Source: Bdellovibrionales bacterium
GTDB taxonomy: Bacteria; Bdellovibrionota; Bdellovibrionia; Bdellovibrionales; JAGQZY01
Direction of reading: 5' to 3'
Length of the DNA: 64,000 nucleotides
Assembly (NCBI GenBank): GCA_031426555.1
Contig: JANPLN010000025.1
Coordinates: 74,199-138,198 of the forward strand
Made by a program: the position numbers and the translations under genes. Below are positions 37,790 through 47,577 of this stretch, piece after piece. The notes beneath the pieces were generated by a model. The model ran no database searches. It was given only the letters and a program-made list of their open reading frames with translations, and had not been told where the DNA came from. Each line of letters starts with the position of its first letter. Position 1 is the stretch's first letter.

Positions 37790-37818
37790 AAAAAAAAAGC
37801 CCTCATTCTGGAGGGCTT
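37790..37818 (-). terminator. Intrinsic terminator after the vWA lipoprotein gene
   Basis: Minus strand aagccctc-cagaat-gagggctt plus T-tract. Confidence 0.8.
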
Positions 37819-37841
37819 GGTTAAACATTCAATATTTTGAT

Positions 37842-39209
37842 TTATCTAGAACCACGATTACAGTAACGAACTGTGATCTTGTTGCCTTCACGAGGGCAAC
37901 CGCGAACCAGGCGAACGTAGCCACCTTGTTCTACTCTGTGCTCAACACGGCGTCCATCAACAGTCACTGCTTCTACGTTGGCTGCATTCAGCTCTACGGC
38001 TTTGCCATTGGCATCTTTGATTTGTACTCTTTGATAAAGTGAGCTGTTCATACCTTCGGCTATGGAGGCACCGGCGGCAGCGATCGAGGCACTGGCTTCG
38101 GCAGAACTGTAAGCAGTTGTTGTTGAAAGCGATGCAAGGTCGAAGACTTTGGACTTCACATTGTTTTGTCCGAGGGCGCCTAAAAGATCGATAATTCCGC
38201 GACCGATTTCGTTTTGTCCACCAGCAGGAACTCCGTTTTCGCCTGTGTAAACAAAGGCTGACATGTGGATATTAAAGTGTTGGCTCAGGCTGATGATCTC
38301 TTGTGCTAGCGTTTGGCTATAGCCGCGGCCGCCGTCAGAAACGTTCATGTTGATACTGTAGTTTGTAACGTCTTGTACGCAATGTCTTTTGCGAGCGATT
38401 TGCTCAGACGTCATGCCGCGTTCGTCGGAACGAATTCTAGCGTAAACCGGAAGCGTCGAAGGAACTTCGCCAATCGTACAAGCGTCGTTCTCATCGCCGA
38501 TAAAGTGAATATTTAGAATGTCTTTATCTTGCATTCTCATCAAGCGACGGTACTGGTTATTTTTTAAAACAGCCATAAGATTTGCTGTTAACAATTCTCC
38601 ACCATCAGAAATTCCAGGTGAGTTGTCTGTTTGCATATGAAGAATTTTATTTTTTAAACGAATTAAGTTATTACGACGAGTTGTTTCGGTGTGGTCAAAA
38701 CGGAGAACATCGAGATCTTCGCTGGCGTATTTAAAAAAGTTATTTCCGCGAAGAGCTGAATGATAACTTTCGGCCGAGTGACCCGTGATCACGCCCAAGT
38801 GGATGGGAATTTCGCGAGCGATGGTGTTTTCGTACATTTCGATCAAACCTTTTAGCTGATTAAAACGTTCGGTCACATTGGATTTTGATCCATCCATTGC
38901 AACGACAACATGAACTGTCTTGGGAGCGTTGTTAGAATATTCATAGTTATAGTCTTGGCACTCGCTCTGTGGAGGTGGAGTGTTTGGCTGTGGCTGCTGG
39001 CACGTGTTGTTGCGACGGCAGTCGTAAGGGGGCTGACTGGGTGTTGGATTGTGGGTGGGCGGCTTTGTCCGTGGATTGTTTGTTCGCTCTACGGGTTGCA
39101 CGGGTTGAGCTTGCGTCGCTGTAAACTTTGATTTCGAGCATGCTATCACGGTGGGCAGCACGATCAAAAGCAACAGGCTCTGTGCGATCTTGGTTTGTAA
39201 GCTCAACAT
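37842..39209 (-). CDS. Lipoprotein with Pro/Gln-rich linker and vWA-like domain
   Basis: GGAGGA SD; lipobox VIAC; VVVAMDGSKS (MIDAS DxSxS); FIGDENDAC. Confidence 0.7.
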   Translation of the reverse strand: MLSLQTKIAQSLLLLIVLPTVIACSKSKFTATQAQPVQPVERTNNPRTKPPTHNPTPSQPPYDCRRNNTCQQPQPNTPPPQSECQDYNYEYSNNAPKTVHVVVAMDGSKSNVTERFNQLKGLIEMYENTIAREIPIHLGVITGHSAESYHSALRGNNFFKYASEDLDVLRFDHTETTRRNNLIRLKNKILHMQTDNSPGISDGGELLTANLMAVLKNNQYRRLMRMQDKDILNIHFIGDENDACTIGEVPSTLPVYARIRSDERGMTSEQIARKRHCVQDVTNYSINMNVSDGGRGYSQTLAQEIISLSQHFNIHMSAFVYTGENGVPAGGQNEIGRGIIDLLGALGQNNVKSKVFDLASLSTTTAYSSAEASASIAAAGASIAEGMNSSLYQRVQIKDANGKAVELNAANVEAVTVDGRRVEHRVEQGGYVRLVRGCPREGNKITVRYCNRGSR

Positions 39210-39473
39210 AATTCCTCCAGGGTTTATGGCCCTTTTAAAAGTTCTTCGTTTAAAAGATGTGCAAACTTCATCCCACACTATGGGACCAGCTAAATACATG
39301 AAATGACGTAGTTTTTAAAAAGTGGCCGTAGCGACTTCGCAAAATATGTCACTTTGGCATGATAGGAGTGCGCGAGGATTGTCGCTTTTTTGCCCAGAAC
39401 GATGACGGTTCTATAACAAATACATCACGGTCGATTTACCTGGAACATGTGTTTTCCGTTAGAAATTAATTCG

Positions 39474-40199
39474 TTAGTACAAGCAGCGCAGATACTCAAT
39501 CACAGTTTGCTGCCAACCCATTTCCAAAGCGTCACATACAAGAGCATGACCGATGGACACTTCCTTCACCATGGGGATGGTTTGCACAAAGTGTTTGAGA
39601 TTGTGCAGATTGAGATCATGGCCGGCGTTGATTTCGAGTCCCATGGAGTCTGCCAGCTGGGCACACTGAAGATATTTGGCCGTGGTTTCTTTTTGCGCCG
39701 GCGAGCCGAAATGATCGGCATAGGCTTCGGTATAAAGTTCGATGCGGTCCACGCCCATGTCGCGAAATTCCAAAAGTTCCTGAGTGGTGATATTTTGTGG
39801 GTCCACAAACAACGACACACGAATGCCTTTTTCCTTTAACAAAGGAACGGCTGTTTGCAGGGTTTTTTCGTTGCCCTGCATGCGCCAACCAGCGTTGGAG
39901 GTCAGAACATGGGGAGGGTCTGGAACCAGGGTGCACTGAGCCGGCAGGATATCGGTGCACTTGATGAGGAAGTCGTTTGTGGGATAGCCCTCGATGTTTA
40001 GCTCCACAGAGATGTGGGCCTTCAGCAGCTCCACGTCACTCCAGCGAATGTGCCGCTCATCGGGCCGAGGATGCACGGTGATCCCATGGGCGCCATACTC
40101 AATAATCTTCAGCGCCGCCTGCAACACATCGGGCGTATTCCTGCCCCGAGCATTCCGAATCGTAGCCACTTTATTTACGTTTACGCTGAGTTTTGTCAT
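39474..40199 (-). CDS. pdxJ: Pyridoxine 5'-phosphate synthase
   Basis: LSVNVNKVATIRNARG, ITVHPRPDERHI, NAGHDLN, EVSIGHAL. Confidence 0.97.
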   Translation of the reverse strand: MTKLSVNVNKVATIRNARGRNTPDVLQAALKIIEYGAHGITVHPRPDERHIRWSDVELLKAHISVELNIEGYPTNDFLIKCTDILPAQCTLVPDPPHVLTSNAGWRMQGNEKTLQTAVPLLKEKGIRVSLFVDPQNITTQELLEFRDMGVDRIELYTEAYADHFGSPAQKETTAKYLQCAQLADSMGLEINAGHDLNLHNLKHFVQTIPMVKEVSIGHALVCDALEMGWQQTVIEYLRCLY

Positions 40200-40262
40200 T
40201 GATTAAATCTGCAAGATTTTTATGAGATTGTCACTTGGTATTGGTAGGGATACGTGGAATAG

Positions 40263-41723
40263 CTATGCCACCCTTTTTTCTGGGTGCGGATTGTCTTCAT
40301 CCAAAATATAATCACAATCTCTACATTTGAGGATGTATACGCCTTTACTGTTTTTATTCAAAAAAAGTAAGCCGTGACCATTTGGGCAGACGTCTTCGTC
40401 GTCACTATGAAGCTCTGAGTGCCTCTTTAAATTACGGACCTCAAACAGGGTCACCTCTTCGGTTTCGAAACCTTTGAGTACAATTGACTTTATTGGAATG
40501 AATTCCAGAGTAGCTAGTAAATCAGTCTGCTTATTTTTGATAGCAATAACAGTCTCTTTAGTTAGAACAATACCATTAGAAGGCGCTATGCCGTTTATTC
40601 GAGACGCTAGATTAATTACTCTGCCAATGGCTGTGTAGGATCTCACGTGCAAATCGCTTCCGTAAAATCCAACTGTAGCATTCCCTACCGAAATTCCCAC
40701 TCTAACTTCAAAAGCGCCATTCCATAATTCTTCATATATCTTTTTTTTCGAATGTAGTCGATCTAGTACTTCAAAAGCGCAAGATAATGCTCTTTCAATA
40801 TAGTCATCTTGTGGAACAGGATTGTTGGTAAAACCCATAACGCCGTCCCCCAGAAACTTATCTACGGTAATATCATACTTCAAAAATAGTCCCATTACGT
40901 CTTCAACATACATCGAAATCACTTTCTGCATTTGAGACGGACTTATCGTTAACAATTTTTTTGTTGAATCTTTAATGTCGATGAAAATTGCGCATATATC
41001 GGACTGGTAAAGTTCAGCTTTAATGTCCAAACTTCCATCGATAATGCTTTTAATGATTTGCGGGCTAAACTGTTTACTTAAAGTTTTTAGCTTCAGCGCC
41101 TCGGAAGATTTTTTATCGATAATTAAATCTCGGTTCAAAATTTCATTTTCTAATTCAAGACGTAAGACGAATTCGCGATCATTAAGTCTTTCAAAAAAAA
41201 GTCGACCTACGGTGCAAATTGTCGCAACTGAGAGCAAAAAAACTGAGTTTAAAAGAAAGTAAGTAGTACTTAATTCGTTGATCTTGAGTAGTCCAACGCC
41301 TAAAAAAGGAAAAACTATTAGGGCCATACATACAAAGTAATAACTCCACGTGAAGCGCAAGCCAGTTGCAACACCCACCATTATAAGAATTAGGCCAACG
41401 TAGTATGGAGAGTCCGCTGGCAAAATGGCTAGCATAATTTGAATTGGCAGCGCGCAGGAGGCGATGAAGACTACAGCGTACTTCTCAACGCGAGGCAAAG
41501 ATCTCGCAGACTCGGAAATAATTTTATTTAAAACGAAAAATACTGCAATCGAACCAATTCTTAAAAGTAAAAAAGCTCCGAAGTGATCGCGATACCAAAC
41601 GTAATCTGCGATTGAGAAAAGTAGATACAAGGGCAACACATACATCGAAGATGCAAAAGATACGAACGTGACAATTACGTCAGCACGTTCCTTATTTTTT
41701 CTCTCAATAGCTTCTGGTGCCAT
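40263..41723 (-). CDS. Membrane-sensor class III adenylate/guanylate cyclase with C-terminal zinc ribbon
   Basis: 5-6 N-terminal TM helices; FIDIKDST, VDKFLGDGVM, YTAIGRVINLASRI; C-terminal CPNGH..CRDC. Confidence 0.9.
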   Translation of the reverse strand: MAPEAIERKNKERADVIVTFVSFASSMYVLPLYLLFSIADYVWYRDHFGAFLLLRIGSIAVFFVLNKIISESARSLPRVEKYAVVFIASCALPIQIMLAILPADSPYYVGLILIMVGVATGLRFTWSYYFVCMALIVFPFLGVGLLKINELSTTYFLLNSVFLLSVATICTVGRLFFERLNDREFVLRLELENEILNRDLIIDKKSSEALKLKTLSKQFSPQIIKSIIDGSLDIKAELYQSDICAIFIDIKDSTKKLLTISPSQMQKVISMYVEDVMGLFLKYDITVDKFLGDGVMGFTNNPVPQDDYIERALSCAFEVLDRLHSKKKIYEELWNGAFEVRVGISVGNATVGFYGSDLHVRSYTAIGRVINLASRINGIAPSNGIVLTKETVIAIKNKQTDLLATLEFIPIKSIVLKGFETEEVTLFEVRNLKRHSELHSDDEDVCPNGHGLLFLNKNSKGVYILKCRDCDYILDEDNPHPEKRVA

Positions 41724-41727
41724 ATAA

Positions 41728-43152
41728 TTAATTCTTTAGTACACAAAATAAATTCACATTATTTGGCTCGGACTCTACTGTGCACTGCGAGCCGTTGATA
41801 TTAAAAATTCGCTTTAAATCTTCATGACTTCTTAAAATCAAATACCAATCGAACAATGCCAACATTCCAAACGTATTTGGCGAACTGGTGTTAAAGTTTC
41901 CAATTACGAGAGAGCCGCCGGGGCTTAGAGACTTGAACAAACTTTTTGCAGCCCTCGTTGCCACTGCGTCCGAAAAATAGTCAAAAAGGCCAGCGGAATA
42001 AATAAGATCGAAATCTTCATCAATCCCATCGACAATGATTTCTTTAATGTTTTTCTTGCTTAGGTGAATCGTGAGTTTTTTATCAGCCTCGAGCAAGCAC
42101 TTTCTAATATTCTGTTGAGCAAACTTCAAAGCGTCTTCATCTTGATCAAGTAGAAAAAACTCAACACGATCCAAGTCTTCTTGATCTAACTTATTGATTA
42201 CATATTTTATTTCCTCAGCTGGCCCACAGGCAACGGACAAAATCGAAACCTTATTTTTTTCGCGAACGGTTGTTATGATTTTTTCGGAAAGAAACTTGAC
42301 TCTATTCCTAACAGCCGAAGGCTCTTCATGTAGCTCAACTGCCCGCTCCATACACGAACCAAACAAAGAGTTCGCAAAACTATCTGATTTATAGATGATA
42401 TTCATCATCTCAAAATCTCCAGCGTAACCTCGCGGTTTTGAGAAACTTCGCAATGTAAAAGGCGATTGAAAGATAAACTTCCCTAGCCGATACCTATAAT
42501 ATTCAAAAACGATCTTGTTGCTCTCAAAGTCGCCATGCAAGACTAAACTATTTAAGACGCTATTATTCGACTTGAGCTTTTTTTCGATTGAACGTCCAAC
42601 GATATCGATAACACACTTTTCTGCTGTCACTTTTTTAGTGGAATTATCGTAGTGACTTACACTCATTTTTTTTACTTGCTCTTCCATTTCGTTAAGCCAA
42701 ATATAAAGATCATCGATATAATTTTTTACAGAAAAATCAATGCCTCTGTATCTACTGTACCGCTCCTCAACATCTCTAACAATTTTGTGAGAATTAAAAA
42801 TCTGAAATACTTCGTCGACTGGAAAAAGAGCGCCAAAAACCTCTGCGCCATAAGCGAAAAGATTTCCTTTTTGTTCTTTTCTTTTTATCTCAAGCGTAAA
42901 CTCTTCGACTTTAAAGTCGTCGCCAAAAAATAGCTCCACATCGATTGTACCGCCGAGATCTATATTGTGTTCGGCTTCAAAAGCTAACCCAAAAAGACTG
43001 TAGTTAGTTAAGCTATACCGCCTTCCATCGTGATGAAGGAGCAAATTATCCAAACCAACGGCGTATCTTTCTTGCCTTATCTTGATCTCATGAACTGTAC
43101 TGCTGCTGATCTTAGCTTTTTTGTTTTCCACAATTACTCCTGGTCTCCTCAT
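41728..43152 (-). CDS. PhcB-like class I SAM-dependent methyltransferase with N-terminal PilZ-like domain
   Basis: QSPFTLRSFSKPRGYAGDFEMMNIIY; ILSVACGPAEE; FDLIYSAGLFDYF; LVIGNF; DWYLILRS; N-terminal RQER..NYSLFG. Confidence 0.75.
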   Translation of the reverse strand: MRRPGVIVENKKAKISSSTVHEIKIRQERYAVGLDNLLLHHDGRRYSLTNYSLFGLAFEAEHNIDLGGTIDVELFFGDDFKVEEFTLEIKRKEQKGNLFAYGAEVFGALFPVDEVFQIFNSHKIVRDVEERYSRYRGIDFSVKNYIDDLYIWLNEMEEQVKKMSVSHYDNSTKKVTAEKCVIDIVGRSIEKKLKSNNSVLNSLVLHGDFESNKIVFEYYRYRLGKFIFQSPFTLRSFSKPRGYAGDFEMMNIIYKSDSFANSLFGSCMERAVELHEEPSAVRNRVKFLSEKIITTVREKNKVSILSVACGPAEEIKYVINKLDQEDLDRVEFFLLDQDEDALKFAQQNIRKCLLEADKKLTIHLSKKNIKEIIVDGIDEDFDLIYSAGLFDYFSDAVATRAAKSLFKSLSPGGSLVIGNFNTSSPNTFGMLALFDWYLILRSHEDLKRIFNINGSQCTVESEPNNVNLFCVLKN

Positions 43153-43228
43153 AATATCGGCAAGACACCCTGGAAAATTAACGTCCTAGTCTTTAGTCTG
43201 AAAAGTTTATCTAGCAAAAGGACGATAT

Positions 43229-44056
43229 GTGTCTATGGAAAAAGCTGCAACATCTGAGTCCATTGAGGAATCCTTTTCTTGGAAGTTTTTTGTGATTATT
43301 TCCGCCATGCATCTGGCTGCACTTGCGGGTATTATCTTTTTCACTACGAAAGGCGCCTTACTCACCTGGGCAGTTAGTCATTTTTTCTTTATTACTATCG
43401 GCGCATCCATTGGCTTGCATAGGTACTTTTCCCATCAGAGCTTTAAGGTTAAAACTATCTACATGGATGCTTTCTTGCACCTTGCCGCGACACTTTGTTT
43501 TCAAGGAGGTCCGATATACTGGGCCACTGCCCACCGATCACACCATAGATACTCTGAAAAATACGGAGACCCTCATAGTGCCAAGAGAGGTTTCCTATGG
43601 TCGCACCTCCTGTGGCTTATGTTCGAACGCCCAAACGGCTTTTCATATTTAAAATCATTAAAGTATAGCCCTGATCTTCGAAAAAATAAACTAACAAACT
43701 TTTTTGAAAAGCATTACCTAAATATAAATTTGTCTTTTTTGCTCATACTTTTAATTGGTTGTACACTTTGCACAAATTTTTCGCTTTTTTTCTTTCTTGG
43801 TCCCGTTAGAATAGTAAGCGTATGGCACTGTACTTGGCTCATAAATAGCTACGCGCATGGAGCGCGGATTTGCACAAGAGATACACAAATCAAGAATTCT
43901 AATCTTTTATGTATTTTAGTTGGGGGAGACGGCGAGCACAGTTTCCACCATAACTTTCCGAATTCCGCGAAACATTCGAACAAACGATTTTCGCTTGACT
44001 ACGGCTACGCGACGCTGAAGGCCCTCAAAATGTTAGGTTTGATTGAGTTTCGATAA
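43229..44056 (+). CDS. Membrane fatty-acid (delta9-type acyl-lipid/acyl-CoA) desaturase
   Basis: His boxes HRYFSH, HRSHH and HSFHH; DPHS..RGFLWSH; INSYAH. Confidence 0.92.
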   Translation: MSMEKAATSESIEESFSWKFFVIISAMHLAALAGIIFFTTKGALLTWAVSHFFFITIGASIGLHRYFSHQSFKVKTIYMDAFLHLAATLCFQGGPIYWATAHRSHHRYSEKYGDPHSAKRGFLWSHLLWLMFERPNGFSYLKSLKYSPDLRKNKLTNFFEKHYLNINLSFLLILLIGCTLCTNFSLFFFLGPVRIVSVWHCTWLINSYAHGARICTRDTQIKNSNLLCILVGGDGEHSFHHNFPNSAKHSNKRFSLDYGYATLKALKMLGLIEFR

Positions 44057-44069
44057 TTTCTGGATTCGT

Positions 44070-45782
44070 TCAATCTACCAGTTTATTTTTTTTCGGATAC
44101 GTCAGACAAATTTCAAATCCGTACCCTTTGTTTCTGTACGTCATCCCACCACCAACTTCGGATAATCGTTTTTTAATCATCCATAACCCAAGACCAGAGC
44201 TTCCACTTGTTATCCCTCGTGCAGATAAATTTTTTAAAATTGTTTCGCTTACTCCCCCCGAGTTATCACTTACAGTTATTTTAAATTCCTCCAATAAGTT
44301 CTCCAGCTCGATGCTTACTTCGGCGTCCACTGAATTTCTCTCGGCAGCTTTAAACGCATTCAACAAAATTTCTGATAACGTGTTTTTAAAATCGTCCGTA
44401 AAATAATATACATACCCGTCGAAACTATCCGCGACCTTGATTGATATTTTCTTAAAAATACTACCCATTTCCAAACAGACTTCCTCTAAATTGGCCTTAA
44501 GGGTTTTGACTGAATACCAACTTGCATTGGCGTTTGATTTGTCATTAGATAAGTTCTCGAAAATGGTGTCGAACCTTTTTGAAATTAACAGAATACGACT
44601 TTTGTTTATAGTTTCTTCCTGAAGCGAAAAATTTAAACTCGTTATCGGAGCTTTTAAGTCATGAATTATGCTTTTCAAATGTTCGTTGGAGGAATTAATT
44701 TTTTGAAGCAACTTCCTTTCCGACTCTAAGTTACCTTCGATTCTCTTTGTCTTCAAATTTATTTTATAAACGTTTCGAACAACATTTATTATCTCAAAAA
44801 TCATAACTACAATAACAAGCCCAGCTAAGTTTGCATAGCCCTCTCGGTAAGCCTGCCCCCTGTAAACATCGAAAAATGCGATCGTCAGAACAATCAAAAA
44901 GTTTGCACGTACCCCTAGTTTCAGGTTTTTTTTGCAAACAGCGTATAACAAACCGCCAACAATCACAATAAACGCCATAGAAAGCATAAGAAATTGATCG
45001 GTAGCTCTGTGATTTAAAGAAACAACTATGCTAACGGCAAGAAAAATTACATACACGTTTCTAAATTTCTTACTAGATATTATTGGAATTTTATCTAGCA
45101 TGTAAAAGTAAGCAATTAAAAACGTGCCAACCATTTGAATTAGGTGTGCATAGCCTATTTCTATGGAGACAAAGTAACCTGGAACGTGAGTAAGCATCAG
45201 CATGGTTATACCAATACCAAGCCCTAACAATTTAAATTGGCGTACATTCATAACGAATAAAACAATCGTTCCTATAATCGATAAGAACAGACTAATCGTA
45301 GCGGAAAGAATATAGCTTAAATCAAAAAGAAACTGGTCTGGAGGAGATTTACTAACAGCGAAGGGAAATTTATTTAGCGAGATATAGTATTCTAACTGAA
45401 CTGTTGACTGGAATGTGACTTTTTTAGAATGCTTTAAAAGATCACAATTAACTAATATCCTATCAAGAACTGACTTTAGGTGCCATGCCTGATCCATTTC
45501 GTTTGAATAAATTCGCGTCGTGTCCACAAAAACTTCCTGCCTACCTTCATAGGTCTGAGGAAAAACTATGTATCTGGCGCGGCCGTCTCGACACACGCTC
45601 TGAATTGTTTGGCTCTCAATGGTCAGGCGGTAGCTACCATCGGTCTGTTTGGCCCATTGCTCCACTACAGACCAATTCGGGTCGGGCTCGTGCGGGATTT
45701 GTTGCACCCCCAATAAATGATAAAACATCATCAACGCACCAAGAGCCCACTGGTCTAATTGAGTTAAAAACACAGACATCAT
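44070..45782 (-). CDS. Membrane sensor histidine kinase (periplasmic domain plus about 7 TM)
   Basis: H-box IHDLKAPI, N-box EILLNAFKA, G1 DNSGG, G2 GSSGLGL. Confidence 0.88.
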   Translation of the reverse strand: MMSVFLTQLDQWALGALMMFYHLLGVQQIPHEPDPNWSVVEQWAKQTDGSYRLTIESQTIQSVCRDGRARYIVFPQTYEGRQEVFVDTTRIYSNEMDQAWHLKSVLDRILVNCDLLKHSKKVTFQSTVQLEYYISLNKFPFAVSKSPPDQFLFDLSYILSATISLFLSIIGTIVLFVMNVRQFKLLGLGIGITMLMLTHVPGYFVSIEIGYAHLIQMVGTFLIAYFYMLDKIPIISSKKFRNVYVIFLAVSIVVSLNHRATDQFLMLSMAFIVIVGGLLYAVCKKNLKLGVRANFLIVLTIAFFDVYRGQAYREGYANLAGLVIVVMIFEIINVVRNVYKINLKTKRIEGNLESERKLLQKINSSNEHLKSIIHDLKAPITSLNFSLQEETINKSRILLISKRFDTIFENLSNDKSNANASWYSVKTLKANLEEVCLEMGSIFKKISIKVADSFDGYVYYFTDDFKNTLSEILLNAFKAAERNSVDAEVSIELENLLEEFKITVSDNSGGVSETILKNLSARGITSGSSGLGLWMIKKRLSEVGGGMTYRNKGYGFEICLTYPKKNKLVD

Positions 45783-45787
45783 TTGGC

Positions 45788-46189
45788 TTACTCGGCGGTG
45801 TGGTCGGCTTTCATTTTTTCAATGTTGGCTTTGCACTCGGAGGAGAGTTCGGCCATTTTGGCTTTCATGCAGTCTTTGATGCGACCTTCACCTGGTTTTA
45901 CACCGGCGCAAAGTTTTTCGCGATCGGCTTTACATGGGCCCGCGTGGTTTTTCATTTGTTCTTTTTTTTCATCGAGCTTTTGCTGGCACTCGGCCGACAT
46001 TTTGCTTTTGTTTTCTTCCATACACTGGATCATTTCGGGGCCGCGCTTTTTGCCTTTGCATAGATCCATCATTTGCTTGCGACATTCCTTCATTTCGCCA
46101 TGCCCGCCGGCGTGCATTCCTTGGTGATGGTCGGCAAAGGCTGAGATTGAAAATACAAAACTTGCTGCGATAACTATCCATGTTTTCAT
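45788..46189 (-). CDS. Exported cysteine-rich repeat protein
   Basis: Signal peptide; repeats C..D..KLC..VKPGEGRI..CM...LS.EC. Confidence 0.8.
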   Translation of the reverse strand: MKTWIVIAASFVFSISAFADHHQGMHAGGHGEMKECRKQMMDLCKGKKRGPEMIQCMEENKSKMSAECQQKLDEKKEQMKNHAGPCKADREKLCAGVKPGEGRIKDCMKAKMAELSSECKANIEKMKADHTAE

Positions 46190-46298
46190 TTTGAAACCTT
46201 TCGTTGATTGACTGTAAATGAGCTTAACGGAAATTCTTTACGAGGAGAACGATGGACTTTCCGCCTAGACGGAGGTCCTGCAGCTTTTCTAAACAGAA

Positions 46299-46733
46299 TT
46301 AATTACTCATTGCCTGAATAGCAGCAGCATAAAGCATGATCTGCTTGACCATGGCTAACAGCCCGTTGGCTCTACTTGGTGAAAGATGGGATTGAAACCC
46401 CAGATCTGAAATAAACGTTGGGGGATTTGCTAAAATGTCGGATGGCTGGGCCAATGAATACACCCGAAGGAGAATGGCGACCAGTCCCTTCACGATCATC
46501 GCATCGCTGTCTGCGAAAAGTTCGATTTGCCCAGCGGGGTTTTTTTGAGCATGCAGCCACACCCGCGACTGACATCCTTTGACTAAAAATTTATCATCAC
46601 GATAGGCCACTGGAAGGTCGGGCAAACTTTTACCGAGATCGATCACGTATTTATAACGCTCTTCCCACGACTTAAAACGTGTAAAATCGGCTACGAGTTT
46701 TTGTTGTCTGTCGGCCACTTCGCTCATACTCAT
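46299..46733 (-). CDS. sufE: Cysteine desulfuration protein SufE
   Basis: WEERYKYVIDLGK, VKGCQSRVW, DSDAMIVKGL, LSPSRANGL. Confidence 0.95.
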   Translation of the reverse strand: MSMSEVADRQQKLVADFTRFKSWEERYKYVIDLGKSLPDLPVAYRDDKFLVKGCQSRVWLHAQKNPAGQIELFADSDAMIVKGLVAILLRVYSLAQPSDILANPPTFISDLGFQSHLSPSRANGLLAMVKQIMLYAAAIQAMSN

Positions 46734-46737
46734 GCAA

Positions 46738-47427
46738 CTACCGGAGTTTGGCTTTTTCGGCAAGGAGTTCTTGATGCAGTTGTCGTCCTTTTACACCTAA
46801 AAGTTCCATCACGGCACTCTCACCTAAGCCGTCCACATATTGCTTCGCTTCGGCGTAAAACGTGCGCGCTTTTTCGCGGTCTTTCAAAAAAAACTCCTCC
46901 GGCCACGTTGCGTTTTTAGTAACTGCCGTGTCCTGCAAATACTCCTTGGCGCGAGCGACTTCTTCCAGCGTCCACCCTTGGTGATGCAAAAAATCCTCAA
47001 GCAAAGCCCACTCCAGCAACCAGGTCCACTCCTCAGACTTGTTCCAATAGTAGGCGCCCGCTTCGGCGTAGCTACTTTTGCAAAAAAAAGTACGGCACAC
47101 GGTGGGGCGATTATCCCAAATTTTGCACTGCCCATTTTGTTTTTGAAAAAACGTACACAGCAAAGTCGCATCAGTACCAAACCCCCACTTGCCTTTTTTG
47201 GCAAAATACTTTCGGTAGCGAATGTTAGGTGTGAGCCCTAAAATTAAAAAGTCCCACTCCTGCATCAACTCGTCAGAGAAGGTTTCGGAATTTACAAATC
47301 CGCCCACTAAAAAATTCGCGATGAACGGGCGATAGGTGCAGCATTTTAAATCCACAGAACAGCGCGAGCAATCCACCGCGGACTCGCGCACAGAAATTTG
47401 GGTTAATAAGTGTTGGTAATAGTTCAT
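46738..47427 (-). CDS. YkgJ-like CxxCxxCC (putative Fe-S/Zn) protein
   Basis: CSRC...CC, LCTFF..C.IW..RP.VCRTFFC. Confidence 0.8.
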   Translation of the reverse strand: MNYYQHLLTQISVRESAVDCSRCSVDLKCCTYRPFIANFLVGGFVNSETFSDELMQEWDFLILGLTPNIRYRKYFAKKGKWGFGTDATLLCTFFQKQNGQCKIWDNRPTVCRTFFCKSSYAEAGAYYWNKSEEWTWLLEWALLEDFLHHQGWTLEEVARAKEYLQDTAVTKNATWPEEFFLKDREKARTFYAEAKQYVDGLGESAVMELLGVKGRQLHQELLAEKAKLR

Positions 47428-47577
47428 ATCAATCGCTCTTATGTAAGCGAAATAACTAACATATTTTTTTGAAAAACCAAAAAAATAATTTGCGAATTTT
47501 GCGCAGACCACCTACGTTGTTTGCGGGGCGCTTGCAAATGACTGCAGGCACGATCACAAGGAAGAAGAGGGGGGAGT

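Larger units (their letters stand above)
40245..45490. other. AT-rich accessory island
   Basis: Visibly AT-richer with A/T-ending codons relative to flanking pdxJ and downstream genes; no integrase or att site seen; boundaries approximate. Confidence 0.7.

Noticed and set aside
40263..41723. Pycsar/CBASS anti-phage interpretation of the island cyclase
   Set aside because: The cyclase is membrane-anchored with adenine-specifying residues and has no adjacent cNMP-binding TM/TIR effector; neighbours point to lipid signalling
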